From NCBI RefSeq assembly GCF_006345805.1, contig NC_042999.1:113832001-113896000 (forward strand): a DNA stretch of 64,000 bases, written 5' to 3'. Both the position numbers and the translations under genes were made by a program. The stretch is from Octopus sinensis (Eukaryota). The notes below the pieces were generated by a model that worked only from the letters and a program-made list of their open reading frames with translations, was not told where the DNA came from and made no database searches. Position 1 is the stretch's first letter; the number at the start of each line of letters is the position of its first letter. Below are positions 25,490 to 38,577 of this stretch, piece after piece.

Positions 25490-25800
25490 TACATATGTGT
25501 ACACACACACACACACACATCACCCATACCAGCACAACATACGAAAGCCCCCATACCAGCAGGCACATGTAAAAGCACCTGACCCAGAGCCACATCAAAG
25601 TGCACCCATGCTGGCACAATGTGTAGAGCGCCTGTGCTAATGCCACATAAGAGGCACCCAGTACACTGTAAAGTAGTTGGTGTAGAAACCATGGCAAAAC
25701 AGACGACTGGAACCTAGTGTAGCCCTCTAGCTTGCCAGCTCCTGTCAGATGATCCAACCCATGACAGAATGGATAACAGACACTAAATAGTGATGACATA
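25490..25800 (+). mobile_element. Family C element
   Basis: Matches the reverse complement of the 20385 copy and ends ccaacccatg.ca..atgga...gac.ctaaat.gtgatga. Confidence 0.75.
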
Positions 25801-26418
25801 TTTTCTGTTATTTTGTTCTATACCTGCTGCATTAATTGTGGTTTCTGCAATCAAAAGAGGATGAGGATCTTAGTTTTCTTGCTTTCATTTCTCTCTCTCT
25901 ATCTCTCTCTCTTTTTTTTTTTTTTTTGGCAATACATGGTGTACTTTATAAATATGTCTAGTTAAAGTATCATAAAAGCATAAAACTTAGAAGCTTTTTT
26001 GATTGTGCATTAAATTGCTACACACACACAATGGGCTTCTTTTAATTTCCATTTCCCAAGTCAACTCAAAAGACTATAGGAAAAGGCACCTTCACACATA
26101 CTTAAAAACTTCTGATTGTTATCTTATTTTAGTCAACCATGAACTGCTTCTAAGTAGTGGAACTGAAATCAGTTAATAACATTACTACTAATACTCAAGA
26201 GGTGATGGTGAAAATAACCTTTCATCATCTGGTATGGTGCTTCATGCCTCTATCTTCAGGAGCAGCTTTAGATAGACAGTGTTTAATCTAATCGACCAGA
26301 TGGAAAGACAAAAAAACAATAAAATGCCAATCAGAATACCCAGCAGGATTTAATTTCAGCTCGTGATTTTCTGAGTTCAAATCCTACATGGTAGACTTTG
26401 CTATTCAGCTTTTTAGAG

Positions 26419-26498
<80 letters not shown>

Positions 26499-26837
26499 AA
26501 CAAACAAAAGCACCAGACATATCCTAGCATTGATTGAATCAACTAAAACCCTCTTAAGAAATTAGTGATCTTTTGCTTATATCAGTGAGCTAGCAGAATT
26601 ATTTAGCACATCAGACAAGATGATTAATGGTATTTCTCCTTGTTCTTTGCACTCTAAGCTCAAACACTGACAGGCTGACTTTGGAGTCAATAAAATAGGC
26701 ACCAGTTTGATCACTGGCAATGGTTTCAACTAACACCCACCCTTCAAAATTGCTGGCCTTGTGCCAAAATTTGAAATCATCATTGTCATGATGATGATGA
26801 TGATTTCTCATTTAAGCACAAGGCCATTAATTTAGAA

Positions 26838-26983
26838 CAGTGGTTCCCAACCTGTGGTCTGCAAAGGTAATACTGGGGGTCTGTGAACATGTTAAGATGG
26901 CAGGCCTTTCAATATCCTAGGGTCATGGGAAAACTCATTTAAATAAAAGGGGTCCTTGTTAGTGAAAAGTTTGGGAACCACTG
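26838..26983. mobile_element. hAT (Charlie-like) MITE, 146 bp
   Basis: TIR cagtggttcccaa / ttgggaaccactg, with an 8-bp TSD ATTTAGAA (26830-37) / ATTTAGAG (26984-91). Confidence 0.88.
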
Positions 26984-28363
26984 ATTTAGAGGATTGTGAG
27001 TAAGTTGATACCATCAACCCCAGAACTTGACTGGCACTTTATATTATTAAGCCTGAAGAGATAGAAGGTCAAGTTTACCCCAACAAGATTTGGACTCAAA
27101 GTAAAAAGCCAGAACAAATACCAAAGCATTTTCTCCAACTCACACAAGGCACTTTTTCTGATGATTTAACAATTCTATTATTCCATTACCCTTATATAAT
27201 TACATATACCAGTAACTGACTGGTACTTCATTTTATCAACGCCAATAATTTGAGTGGTACTTTATTTTATTGACCTCTAATCAATTAATACTTTATTCTA
27301 CTGACCTCAAAAGGATGAAAAGTAAAGTTGACCTAAATAGGACTCGAGGTCAGAACTACGAGTATACATCATCATCATCATCATCATGTAAAGTCCATTT
27401 TTCAGCCTGCAAGCCAGAAGGTGGCACCAAACTCTATTGTCTGCTTTGACACTATTTTTACAGCTGGGTGCCCTCTCTAATACCAACCACTTTACAGAGT
27501 GTACTGAATGTTTTTTTTTATGTTGCACTACCACTAGTGAGGTCACCAAGTGACTCACAAGACAATGCCCACTCCCTCAACTGAGTAGGGAGTAGTATTT
27601 ACATCAGATGATGGAAAGGTTAAAGTATGAGAGAGGGACAGGAACCGGTGTCTTGAAGAATGGGGATATATGGATACTCCAATTGGAATAGTAAAAGATG
27701 GTGGTGAAGACGAGTCACAGAACACCCTCAAGTTACAGAAAGGATAATGTAAGGGATGTGACGTGAGTAATTTAGTTTGTGGGAATGTGAAGTAGAGTGG
27801 CAGATGGCTAGAGATGTGGATAGAAGGGAAATACAGTGAGTGGCGAACCTGGATGGAGAGGTGCATAGTCAGTCTTGAATATCAATCGGAAGTGAAGGTA
27901 GAGGAAGCAGGGACATAATAGGTGGCAGCAAAGATGCTAAAAGATTGCAGGAGAGAGGAAGGTAGGGATGCACAGTGCCAGGGGCAAAGAAACAAAAGTA
28001 TACTGAACAAAATGTTTTATTTAGAGCCCTTAGCTGGATTTCACATAGTTCAAGATTTGATACAAGATAACCACGTTAAATCAATTATTAAAATAAAGTC
28101 GGGGGGGGGGGTAAAATAAAAGAAAAAGCTGGGGGCATTTTTGATAATGTAAAGTTTAAAAACTGGTTGTAGCCCAGCACCGAAAACTTGATATATAAAT
28201 AAGCCCGAAAATAGAGCAAGACCAGAGAAAGAAATAGCGTGGGGTAAGGTGTGGGGTGCTGTGAAGCCCGTGGCAAAATTGGCTGCAATTCATTGCAGAG
28301 AGATATACACCAAAATGACCTACCACAAATAGCACAGTTAACACCTCACCCTTTTCATTTCAG

Positions 28364-28441
28364 ATGGAGAAGGAAACATATAACAACAACAACAACTGCT
28401 GCTGCTGCTGCAGCAGCAGCAGCCGAGCATTAGCATTCCAG
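28364..28441 (+). CDS. Putative 78-nt exon with compound trinucleotide repeat (MEKETYNNNNNCCCCCSSSSRALAFQ)
   Basis: Acceptor ccttttcatttcag, donor CAG|gtaata. An upstream donor GGG|gtaagg at 28243 would define a 120-nt intron. Confidence 0.45.
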
Positions 28442-28469
28442 GTAATATTACTGTGTGTATGTGAGTGTA

Positions 28470-29356
28470 TATATTATGAATGTATGTGTGTAAAAATCAT
28501 TACAATCTAACATTTCAACAAAGGTTGGTGAATCAATATCTAATCATTCAAACAGTGGGTAGAGTGAGGGTGTAGGTGCATGTGTGTGCTTGTGTGTGTA
28601 TGTATGTGTGCACAGATACATCTGAGGTGGGTATAGAAATGGTGTATGCGTGTGTGTGTGTGTGTGTGCAAGTGTGCATCTGTAGGTAGAGAGAGAGAGA
28701 GAATGTCTGCGTGTATGAAGAAGAGAGAGATGGAGAAATGAGAGTGTGCATGAACGTGTGCATTTATGCATGCATATGCATCAGATGCAGACACACAGAA
28801 ATTTGTACAGACACATATAGAATAAAGAGGATAAGAAAAAAAAGAAAAGAGAGAAACATGATAGGAGAAAACAGAGAATAAAGAGAGGGAAAGATAGAGA
28901 GAACCAAAAATAGAGAGAAAGAAAACAAAATGAGGAGTGAGGACAGTAAGATGGAAGACTGGGAGAGACAGTAAAAGGAGAGAAAGATGCAAAGGAGACT
29001 GAGTAAATTTGATCAGGAGGAGGAAGAAGGGAGACAACTTAAGTAGCAGATTAAGACAGAATGAAAGGATAAACTTGATGAGAGAGGGGGAGAGAAAACT
29101 TGAGAGAGAGTAGAGGGAGAAAGAAAGAGAGAGACAAAGAAAGTGTGGGAGGGGGTTAGAAGTCACAATGAAAGTAGGGTGATAGCACCAGCGAGGGTAG
29201 TGTAATAGCACCACTGAGGGTAAAATGATAACACCTGTGAGGGTAAGGTTAGAGCAACAGTGAGGATAGGGTTAGAGCATTTGTAAGAACAAAGGATTAG
29301 AAGAGATCATTGATTGATATGTGTATACACACACACAATGTATGTATGTGTGAATG

Positions 29357-29447
<91 letters not shown>

Positions 29448-29470
29448 ATAGTGGAAGACAGATAAAAAAA
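28470..29470. repeat. Low-complexity block: (TG)n, ~350 bp polypurine tract, ~23-bp minisatellite, (TA)n(GA)n
   Basis: Read directly. It explains the 224-aa ORF at 28540-29214. Similar GA tracts occur at 19395-19580, 44090-44390, 55750-55990 and 59640-59900. Confidence 0.9.
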
Positions 29471-30096
29471 AAAGTGAGGAGAAAATGATAAAGATATGAT
29501 GTACAGACAGTAAAAGCAGTGGGAAATTTGGCATATATGAAAAGTCAGCTGAAAACGGGGGTGGGGGATCATTGAAATTAGTGTGGTGTTTAATCAGTGA
29601 GTTATTGACATAGATTGTATGAAGTCAGACAGCCTTCAGAAGATTTACTAGTAGTAAATCAAGCCATTCACTTGATAAATCACCAACAACACATAGATAG
29701 GCAGAGAGAAATATAAATACGAAAACATAATCTGCTCTTCCAAGTACACATCAAGTGAATCCTATTGCAGCCTCATTATAAATTTCGACTGTCCTCAAAT
29801 CAAGGCCATAACTTGTTAACATGCAACTGAGCACGGAATTTAAATATAGCTCACCAATATGTAATCAACAAACTGCACTTAGATATAGAGGCCAATCATA
29901 ACTGCCCAACAAACCACTTCTCTACTTGTGTACATGTATCACACACACACACACAAAACAATTAGTAACAGGTATTTTTAATTCATAAATAGACAAAATA
30001 GATTAGAAAACAAATGCATAGATCCAGATTATGCAAAGTTGGGAGCTCAATCTGCTTACTATTCTGATGAAACTTCTTTAAACAAAGGTATTAGGC

Positions 30097-30460
30097 TTGG
30101 CTATGTGGTTAAGAAGTCTGCTTCCCAACCACATGGTTCAAAGTTCAGTTCCACTGCATGGCACCTTGGGCAAGTGTCTTTTACTATAGCTTTAGGTTGA
30201 CCAAAGCCTTGCGAGTGGATCTGGTAGACAGAAACTGAAAGAAGCCCATCATTTGTGTATGTCCCCAGACCACTGCTCGACAACCAGTGTTGGTGTGGCT
30301 ATGTCCCTGTAACTTAAAGGTTTGGCAAAGGAGACTGATAGAATAAGTACCAGGCTCAATAAATAAGTACTGGATTCAATTTGTTCAACTAAAATTCTTC
30401 AAGATGGTGCCCCACCATGGCTACAATCTAATGAGTGAAATGAGTAAAAGAAAGAAAAAA
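30097..30460 (+). mobile_element. SINE family A
   Basis: Full head-to-tail match to the other copies. A further partial copy follows at ~30575-30770. Confidence 0.85.
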
Positions 30461-31909
30461 AGAGTAACGAGAATCAAGCTAAATTACAACACACCTAGTT
30501 ACAGTCACAAGAGTTTTATGATTAGAAAAATTTCTAGTCTGATCCCAACTAAAATGCATGAAGATCTCCTCTCTCTCTCTGTGTTTATATCCCCACTACC
30601 ACTTGACAACTAATGTTGGTTTGCATACATCCCTGTAACTTAGTTTTCTATATAAAAAAAAAGGGCCAATAGAATTAAGTACTGGGGTTGATTTGTTAGG
30701 ACACCTTCAAGATGTTGACCCAGCATGGCCACAGTCCAATGATTGAAAATAAGTAAAAGATAAAAGATAAGAAATGATTCTTCTCGACATTTCTTGGCTT
30801 ATTACACTAAATTTACTGCAAAATATTTAATATTCATTGAGATGAAGGCAGTGAGCTGGCAGAATCATTAATGTGTGGGATAAAATGCTAGGCGGCATTT
30901 TGTTCATCTTCATGTTTTGCATTCAAATTCTACTACTAAGGTTGACTTTGCCTTCGATCCTTTGGAGTCAATAAAATAAGTACCAGTTGAGCACTGGGAG
31001 TTGATGTAATTGACTTGCCCTTCCCTGAAAGTGCTGGTCATTCAGATGAAGCTTATGTCTTGGTCACTAATTCCATGGTTTCATATTACACAACTTCTAA
31101 AGAATTCAGCTATTTCAGCCCTTTTCTTGCTAGTTCTTAGCTTCTCCCCATTCCCTGGGTTCACCTCATACTCCTCTTTGGACTTTCTCCTCCTCATTCC
31201 CTCCCCCGCCCCACTTCTGTAAATTGAATTTTCTGAGTGTCTTTCACTAAAATACTTTTAAATAGCTTTCTGGGTGCGGTTACTGATTGTCTTCCTCACT
31301 TGAACACCACCACCTTTTTCCCTTCTGTCATTACTTGAGGCATTTAGCTATCTTTCCTTTCCAATTATTAACTTCCTGCCCCTTAATTCATCTTCTCTCT
31401 CTCTCTCTCCAAGAGATCTAAAATGTTAGAAACTTCAATGCTTGGAGCAATTGAATTTATCAAATTCTCATACAGACTAATTGACAAATTCTCATACAGA
31501 CTAATATAGACAAAACCATCACCATTTTTTCTCAGAATCCAGCCTTTACCCCAATAAGTAACTGATTCCTTACATTAGTACAAAGCTAAAAATATATAAT
31601 TTGTGATTGTGCTTTATTAGCTAGTGACTTTTTTTTTTCCTTTTCTTTTCTTAAACACATTAGTAATGTTAAATGAACCAGTTTCAACTTGAACTCAGAA
31701 TTAGTTGATTGATTCACAGATATTATTTACCCAGAATTTAGCACTATGATAATGTCTATCTCAACATCTTGAAATAATAAGACTCTAGGTAACAAGAATG
31801 AAAGGGAGGAAACTTTATATGTCATCTATTTCTACATCTTGGTTACTAAAATAACATCGCATACCATACTTTGGTATTGACCTTCAAAATAATTTGACCC
31901 GAAATTCAC

Positions 31910-32068
31910 CCTTTACCTATTTTCCAGCATACAAGTCAAATTTTTCAGACCAAAAATTCCATGTGAAATGCAGCAGAATTTGGAAAGATAGTGATAATGT
32001 TTGAATGTTTACACTACTTGTTTACACTATATACTACATAAACTTGCAAGCCAGAAAATACAGTATAT
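31910..32068. mobile_element. Second copy of the Tc1/mariner-like MITE, abutting the Helitron fossil
   Basis: Shares the internal sequence (aaatgcagca..atagtgat.atg.ttgaatgttt) and the terminal gaaaatacagta with the 7358 copy. Confidence 0.6.
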
Positions 32069-32079
32069 CTTTTCTGAAT

Positions 32080-34560
32080 GAAGTGTTTGGTTGAGGTAGC
32101 TTTGAAAGAAATGCAATACTTTCAATTTATTTTACTTCATCTACACACAGTGTAGATGAAGAGAGTTTTCTTTTGTAGAAATGCTATGATATACTTTCAT
32201 TTTGATTTCATGAAAATACAACACTCATTTTATCTGCTTTTCCTCACTTCATATATGAGATGAGAACAAAGAGATAGCAATTTGAGATTTCTAATATGAA
32301 TGAAAGCAATTTAGCGTGTGTGCTAATGAAGACACACTAGCATAAAGGAAAAAAACATGGGTTGCCAATTGGAAGAATATACTTCGACATTTCTCAAGGT
32401 TATGAAAGATATTATCTGAGTATGATTTTATTATATGTACTCATTTCAGGAACTGAACACTTTTAAGAGACAACAATATCAAACATACAAGGAAGCTGCT
32501 TTAAAGATAGACCTAATCAATTCTGATGATGAATTTGATAGAAGAGATATAAATCTTGTCTGTCAAATTGAAACTTGTTCTGCACCTCAAATTCAAGATC
32601 TGTTCATTTCAATATTGCTATTTTATAAAATCTCAGATAAATTGGGATTCTTCCTGTTACTGAAATGGAACTTCCTGTCTTTGAAACAGAACTTCCCTTC
32701 ATCAGATTATCCTCGCATTGTCTGCAGCAGATGCATCAGAAGTATTTCTATTATCTCCAGACAGTTCCAACAACAACCCACAGAGAACTGATGCAAACAG
32801 TCAAAAAAGGTGCATAGAACCGTGAACAATGGTGTGTTTTTGACATCTTAATGGATTCTAAATCGAACAGTCCAAGTTCAAATCTTTCCTTTGTAGATGC
32901 TAATGGCAACCCCGGAAAGACATATTTCAATCAAATACTGAGTATTTAGACGGATTTTGATTCTGGATCAACTAGCGCTGGCTGTATTGTTCTATAAACC
33001 ATACAACATTCCATATTTCAAGTACTTATGTTACAGCACTGGGATATAGCTGCAGCAGAGTAGGCTACTTTCAGGACTGCATACATTTTTTTTGTTTTTG
33101 TTTATTTATACTAATTAGAGCAAATTTCCTCTTTAAAATATTAAATTTTAAAGGTACAAATCCTATGAAATATATTAAATTATCAGCTAAGTTAATTTAA
33201 CCTACAAGTAATTGTTATGCTTTAATTTATTTGCAAAATTTTCATTATGGGCTATTTTCTAACAATCCATTATATTTTGAAAATTTTGTGCTATTTTTTA
33301 TGAAACTGATTTAGCAATCTGATAATTGCCAACAGCAAAATGGAATAAATAATTTGAGATTGGTGTCTTCTGTTATGATGAAGCATCACAGATGTCAAAG
33401 TATAAAAGTCTGAAGCTGTTAAACACATATTTCATAGCAACAATATGAGGCTTCTGGGTAATTTTTGACAAAGATTTCCTGTCTTAAAGAAAGCTGGTAG
33501 GGCTGCTATTGTGATCAAGAGCAGGAGTAATTTTTCATTTCAGAAGAGAATGGTAAAATTGAAATGTAAAATGAACATGTGATCACAATACTGAGGGCTG
33601 TGACTGAGCTGATTGTCTGCTTGGTGTTGGTGAAGGAAAAGAAAAACTGGATTGATGGCAAGATTCAGCTTCTAAATGGTATTAAAGTTGAAGATTAAAT
33701 GGCAGCTCAAGTTCTTGGAAATTCACTCCATAAACTGAGCAATGCCTTAACATATCTGTCATTGATTCTATAAGTTAGCAAATTACCAACATATTGGTGA
33801 AACCATCATTTACAAAAACACTGATTCTTTCAATGAGGAGGGATATCAATTTGTGAAATTACCTGATGGAGTTCTGAAACAGCTGTAACTCTGATGGAGT
33901 GCACACCCTAGCTACATACACCAGTCTTGATAAAAAAGTAAAGCTTAATGATATTTCAAATTTTAACTAAGGCTGTGCACTGGAACAAGAATTCGAAAAA
34001 GGTATTTACATTAACCCTTCAATATTCTGATTACTCTGTCAAATATTATATTTATTTATTCATACTGTTTTAAATTAATCCTGCAATATCTCACAACTTT
34101 GAGATTTCAATGATGTGATTGTTTATTGTTAGAATGTCATTGTAGGGAAGGCATGAAAGGCTGGATCAGGAATGTTTGAACAAAAAGCAGGTAGAATATT
34201 TGGGTTGGATACGGTCAGTTTGAATGCTAAAAGGTTAATGAATGACTGACGGCAACATTGTTACAGAAGGTGAACAGTATGGGAAACATGTCATTGTACT
34301 AGGAATGAAACAGACCTGATGTTACTGAATTCCCCCATACACAATTACAGTTTCCAGTTTGAATGGATTTTAATTTGCAGTTACAATCAATAAATCTCAA
34401 TGTCAGCCATTGAGTAAAATAACTTAGTTCTTCCCAACTGATTTATGTGAACAGGGACAACTGTAAATTGTTTCTGTCAAGAACAACACAGGGTGCTGCA
34501 GGCATGGTGACAATGCTGCATAGAAACCACCACCATTATGTACAGCAAAGTTTTCCAGTG
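32080..34560 (+). mobile_element. Degenerate Helitron fossil (Rep-helicase linker plus PIF1-type helicase), frameshifted, with internal insertions
   Basis: Collinear decayed motifs typical of Helitron RepHel: IGRIYF..QGYERYYLSMILLYV (~32370-32440); QTYKEAALKIDLINSDDEFDR..PQIQDLFISILLF (ORF 32435-32791); Walker A-like FVDANGNPGKTY (~32890-32925); QHSIFQV; Walker B-like VFCYDEASQMS (~33365-33395); GNF*QRFPV; LKCKMNM; a GLCNGTR-like stretch (~33970); QFPV..AVTINKSQCQPL (~34350-34410); QGQL; TIMYSKVF (~34530). Ends are approximate. Confidence 0.88.
34011..34238 (-). mobile_element. piggyBac-like MITE, family 1, inserted in the Helitron helicase
   Basis: TTAA at both ends. It is the reverse complement of the 24648 copy and splits the helicase between the GLCNGTR-like and QFPV motifs. 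Confidence 0.85.
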
Positions 34561-35471
34561 CTAAAATTTTATTCATTCAACTTCATATCATCCCAATACT
34601 TAATTAGGATAATTTCATTTATACAAACATAGGCTTCATTACTTATCTACATTTTTACACTATTTTGTTTCTTTCTAATCATCATCTAACATCTACAACG
34701 ACAGCTGCTGCCAAGCAAAGTAAGAGCAGGTGCACTTGTCCACACTATAAAATCAATTATTAAGTTATTTCAGTATCTCACTAACTTCAATGATCACAGC
34801 CTATCTCCATCATTTGCTAGAGAAACTCGAGTTCAACAGCTATCAAAAAAGCACAGTCCCATTAACACATATTACTTACAAAAGTTAAACGTGAATTTCT
34901 CTTTGTCTCACAATGTCATACATATATAATGTATCCCAGTTTTTAAATGAAGTGTACCATATCTCTGCATTTCATACAAGGCTATTAAAGGGTTGGCATA
35001 AGGAAGGGCATCCAACTATAAAACACTGTCTTAAAAAGTTTATCAAACAAAGTGTGTGTGTGTGTATATACATACATACATGAATTTCACAGTTACAGGT
35101 TTGTCCCCATAACATGGACATTATCTACAGGTATCCTCTTCCATAGCATGGGTTACCCAATACCATATGAATGAAATTAGCAAACAAAAATTGAAAATGC
35201 TCACCATATGTGTCTGCATGCACATGCACGTATGTGAACTCACGTCTTCACAAGTTGTGTGTCATTTCTAAACAAAAGCCTTAACATTCAAACATCTTTC
35301 TTTGCTTCCAGTCTTTCACAGAAGCGTGTTGTTCAATAGATTGGGTGGGTGCCTCGCTATCTTGCTTGAAAACAGGTGAGATTAGTACCAAGAAGGGTTT
35401 CTGAGTGTAGGAGATTTCACTTCAATGTAGTCTCAACCCATGCAAGCATGGAAAAATAGCAGTTAAAACAA

Positions 35472-35519
<48 letters not shown>

Positions 35520-36471
35520 GTATATATATCATGCATGCATGCACACATACATATAAATAAAAGAAAAGGCTGAATACTTAAATTTTTCTTTAGAGAATAA
35601 GTAACAATGCAAGTAACTTATATTTTATTTTTGTAATTTGCAGTAGATCCAACATAAAATTTTAAAGTATTAAAGAGTTTGAACTATCGACTTACATTCA
35701 ACATTTTTATATTGACAATATCCATTTATGGGCAATTATTAATTACTCTAGAGTTATATCAAAACTTATCAACTGTATTATGTTTAAATATGAGTTTCTA
35801 TCTTGTTTCAGAGTCTCAAACAGATCTGGAAGTATCTGGAGAATTATAGATTTCTTTGTTTTTTTAATTAAGTCATTATTAGAAATTGTGCTAACATTAT
35901 TATAACTTGTGGTCAATTGTTAATTTGACCAAGATCTAATGAATGTGTAATATGTAACATATGGTATAATTATAAACAGGGCAAATTTTAGCCATTTCTT
36001 CACAGACTGAAAAAAACGATGAACAACTTTAATCAATTTTCGAACCTTATGTGTGCTTCAAATATATAAAACACACATTTTATATATTTGAAGTACTAGT
36101 TATGAACTAAATACTATACCAAGGAATCAAGACAGGATTAGACATTGAGAACATTATGCGATGCATTATCATCATCATTTAACATTCACATTTCCATGCT
36201 TGCACAGATCAGACGGAATTTATTTTAAGCATATTTTCTACAGCCATCTCCTTCCTACTGCTAATCCTCACCTGTTTCCAAGCAAGGTAATATTTCCCAT
36301 AGCCAGACATGTTCTTACAGAATATTAGAAATTAATGATACTGCTTGTGTGACAGTGACACTCATTTACAATTATCACATGATGTCAAGGCAAATGAGAG
36401 ACAGATACAGACACACACATGTATATATATATTATATATATAATATATATATATATATATTATATATATAT

Positions 36472-37540
36472 AAAATAAATATAAGAGAGTGGTCACTATA
36501 TGGCTCACTCTAGCACCAGTTAATCCAATAGGTTTCAACCACAAAAATACATGTTGGGGCATTTGAATTATAACGTCGGATGTAATCAATTGAACCACAC
36601 GCGTATTTATCGTTATGATAAAATCTGGCGTGTGATTGAGTGGATTTCATCCAGATAGTTTTCGCTGAGGAGTTACAAGTGGATTTTTTTGTAAGTAAAA
36701 TTACATTTAATTCATTAATAGCGAAACAATTGTCCCAAAATAATCTGTATTTTTTATTTGCCCTGTCCGTGTGAGCTAACAATCGTACTGACTTTCATGG
36801 GAAACATGTATTTTTGTGGTTGAAACCTATTGGATTAACTGGTGCTAGAGTGAGCCATATAGTGACCACTCTCTTATATTTATTTTGTAAAAATATTATA
36901 ATATATATAAAATATTATAATAATCCAGGTTTCTCGGAGCACTAGGCCACTTGGTGTAGAATAGATATACTATTAAATTAGTATCTAATTCTCTCACCCT
37001 TATTAATTAATTATAATTATGCTGCATTTATTTCTAAATGCTGTATTGTTTTCCGTGAAAATTTGGCGCGCTGTTAGTTGGGGCATTTGAATTATAACGT
37101 CGGATGTAATCAATTGAACCACACGCGTATTTATCGTTATGATAAAATCTGGCATGTGATTGAGTGGATTTCATCCAGATAGTTTTGGCTGAGGAGCTAC
37201 AAGTGGATTTTTTTGTAAGTAAAATTACATTTAATTCATTAATAGCGAAACAATTGTCCCAAAATAATCTGTATTTTTGTTATTTTTTATTTGCCCTGTC
37301 CGTGTGAGCTAACAATCGTACTGACTTTCATGGGAAACATGTATTTTTGTGGTTGAAACCTATTGGATTAACTGGTGCTAGAGTGAGCCATATAGTGACC
37401 ACTCTCTTATATTTATTTTGTAAAAATATTATAATATATTATAAAATATTATAATAATCCAGGTTTCTCGGAGCACTAGGCCACTTGGTGTAGAATAGAT
37501 ATACTATTAAATTAGTATCTAATTCTCTCACCCTTATTAA

Positions 37541-37548
<8 letters not shown>
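36472..37548. repeat. 84-bp perfect inverted repeat plus ~525 bp tandem duplication
   Basis: 36472-36555 is the reverse complement of 36803-36886. 36553-37016 recurs at 37077-37548. Confidence 0.95.
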
Positions 37549-37587
<39 letters not shown>

Positions 37588-37874
37588 ACAGGCGTCTTTC
37601 AGTTTCTGTCAACCAAATCCATGCACAAAGTTTTGGTTAGCCCAAGGCTATAGTAGAAGACACTTGATCAAGGAGCCATACAGTAGTACTGAATCCAGAA
37701 CCAAACTTCCTACCATACACCCATGCCTGTACAATCCTACCTGTGCCTAAATAACTGTTCATATAGATCTTTCATAACATCTTTCCATTATGCTGAAGAT
37801 TTAGATTATATTTTTAATTTCATTCATTAGTTGTGTTTGTAAAAAGTGTAACTCTCAATCATATATGTAACAAG

Positions 37875-38105
37875 CAGAATAATAATGGTATCAAATTTTG
37901 GCACAGGCCAGCAATTTCAGAGGAGGGGATTAAGTCAATTACACTGGACCCAGTGTTCAACTGCTACTTATCTTATTGATCCCAAAAGGATGAAAGGTAA
38001 AGTCAACCTTGGCAAAATTTGAACTCAGAACATAAAGACAGACGAAATGCCTCTAAGCATTTTGCCTCACATGCTAACCATTCTGCCAGCTCGCCACCTT
38101 AAGCA
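37875..38105 (-). mobile_element. Family B SINE
   Basis: Reverse-complement match. Other copies lie at approximately 10985-11150, 11510-11640, 16430-16690, 26605-26775, 26990-27360, 30845-31030 and 57970-58110. Confidence 0.8.
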
Positions 38106-38577
38106 GAATAATAATAACAGCTTCTAAAATGATTTACAAAGCTGAAGTGACTTACTGTCATATTATCCAATAACCTATTCAAAGTGGGATATAGCTTTTT
38201 ATTTTCTTCCCCCACCCCATTTCATCAAATGAAAGTAGTACAGTTAAACAACAACATTAAAGATAAATAAGATAAAAGAAGTAACTTCAATGGCATATGA
38301 AACAAAAGTGGCCTAATAATTCATGGTATCTAGTCCAAATTAGCATAGTTGTGATAGCGTGCCATAAAGGCAGTTAACCTCAACCAAAATATTAAGTGCA
38401 TACGTTTTAAGAGAATTACATTGAATCTATAAGTTTTGGGCCAATAAACACAAACAACAACAAAACTGTTTATGGCTCCATGAATCAGTTGTTTTTTACT
38501 TATGGAAAGTGAATGGACACAGTAAATAATATTTTCAGGCTATGAAGGTTAGAAACCAGAAAGTATGATAAAAGCAA

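Noticed and set aside
32145-32171. 12-bp perfect palindrome cttcatctacac-aca-gtgtagatgaag
   Set aside because: It is short, lies internally rather than at the Helitron 3' end, and has no following CTRR. It is probably a local template-switch product.
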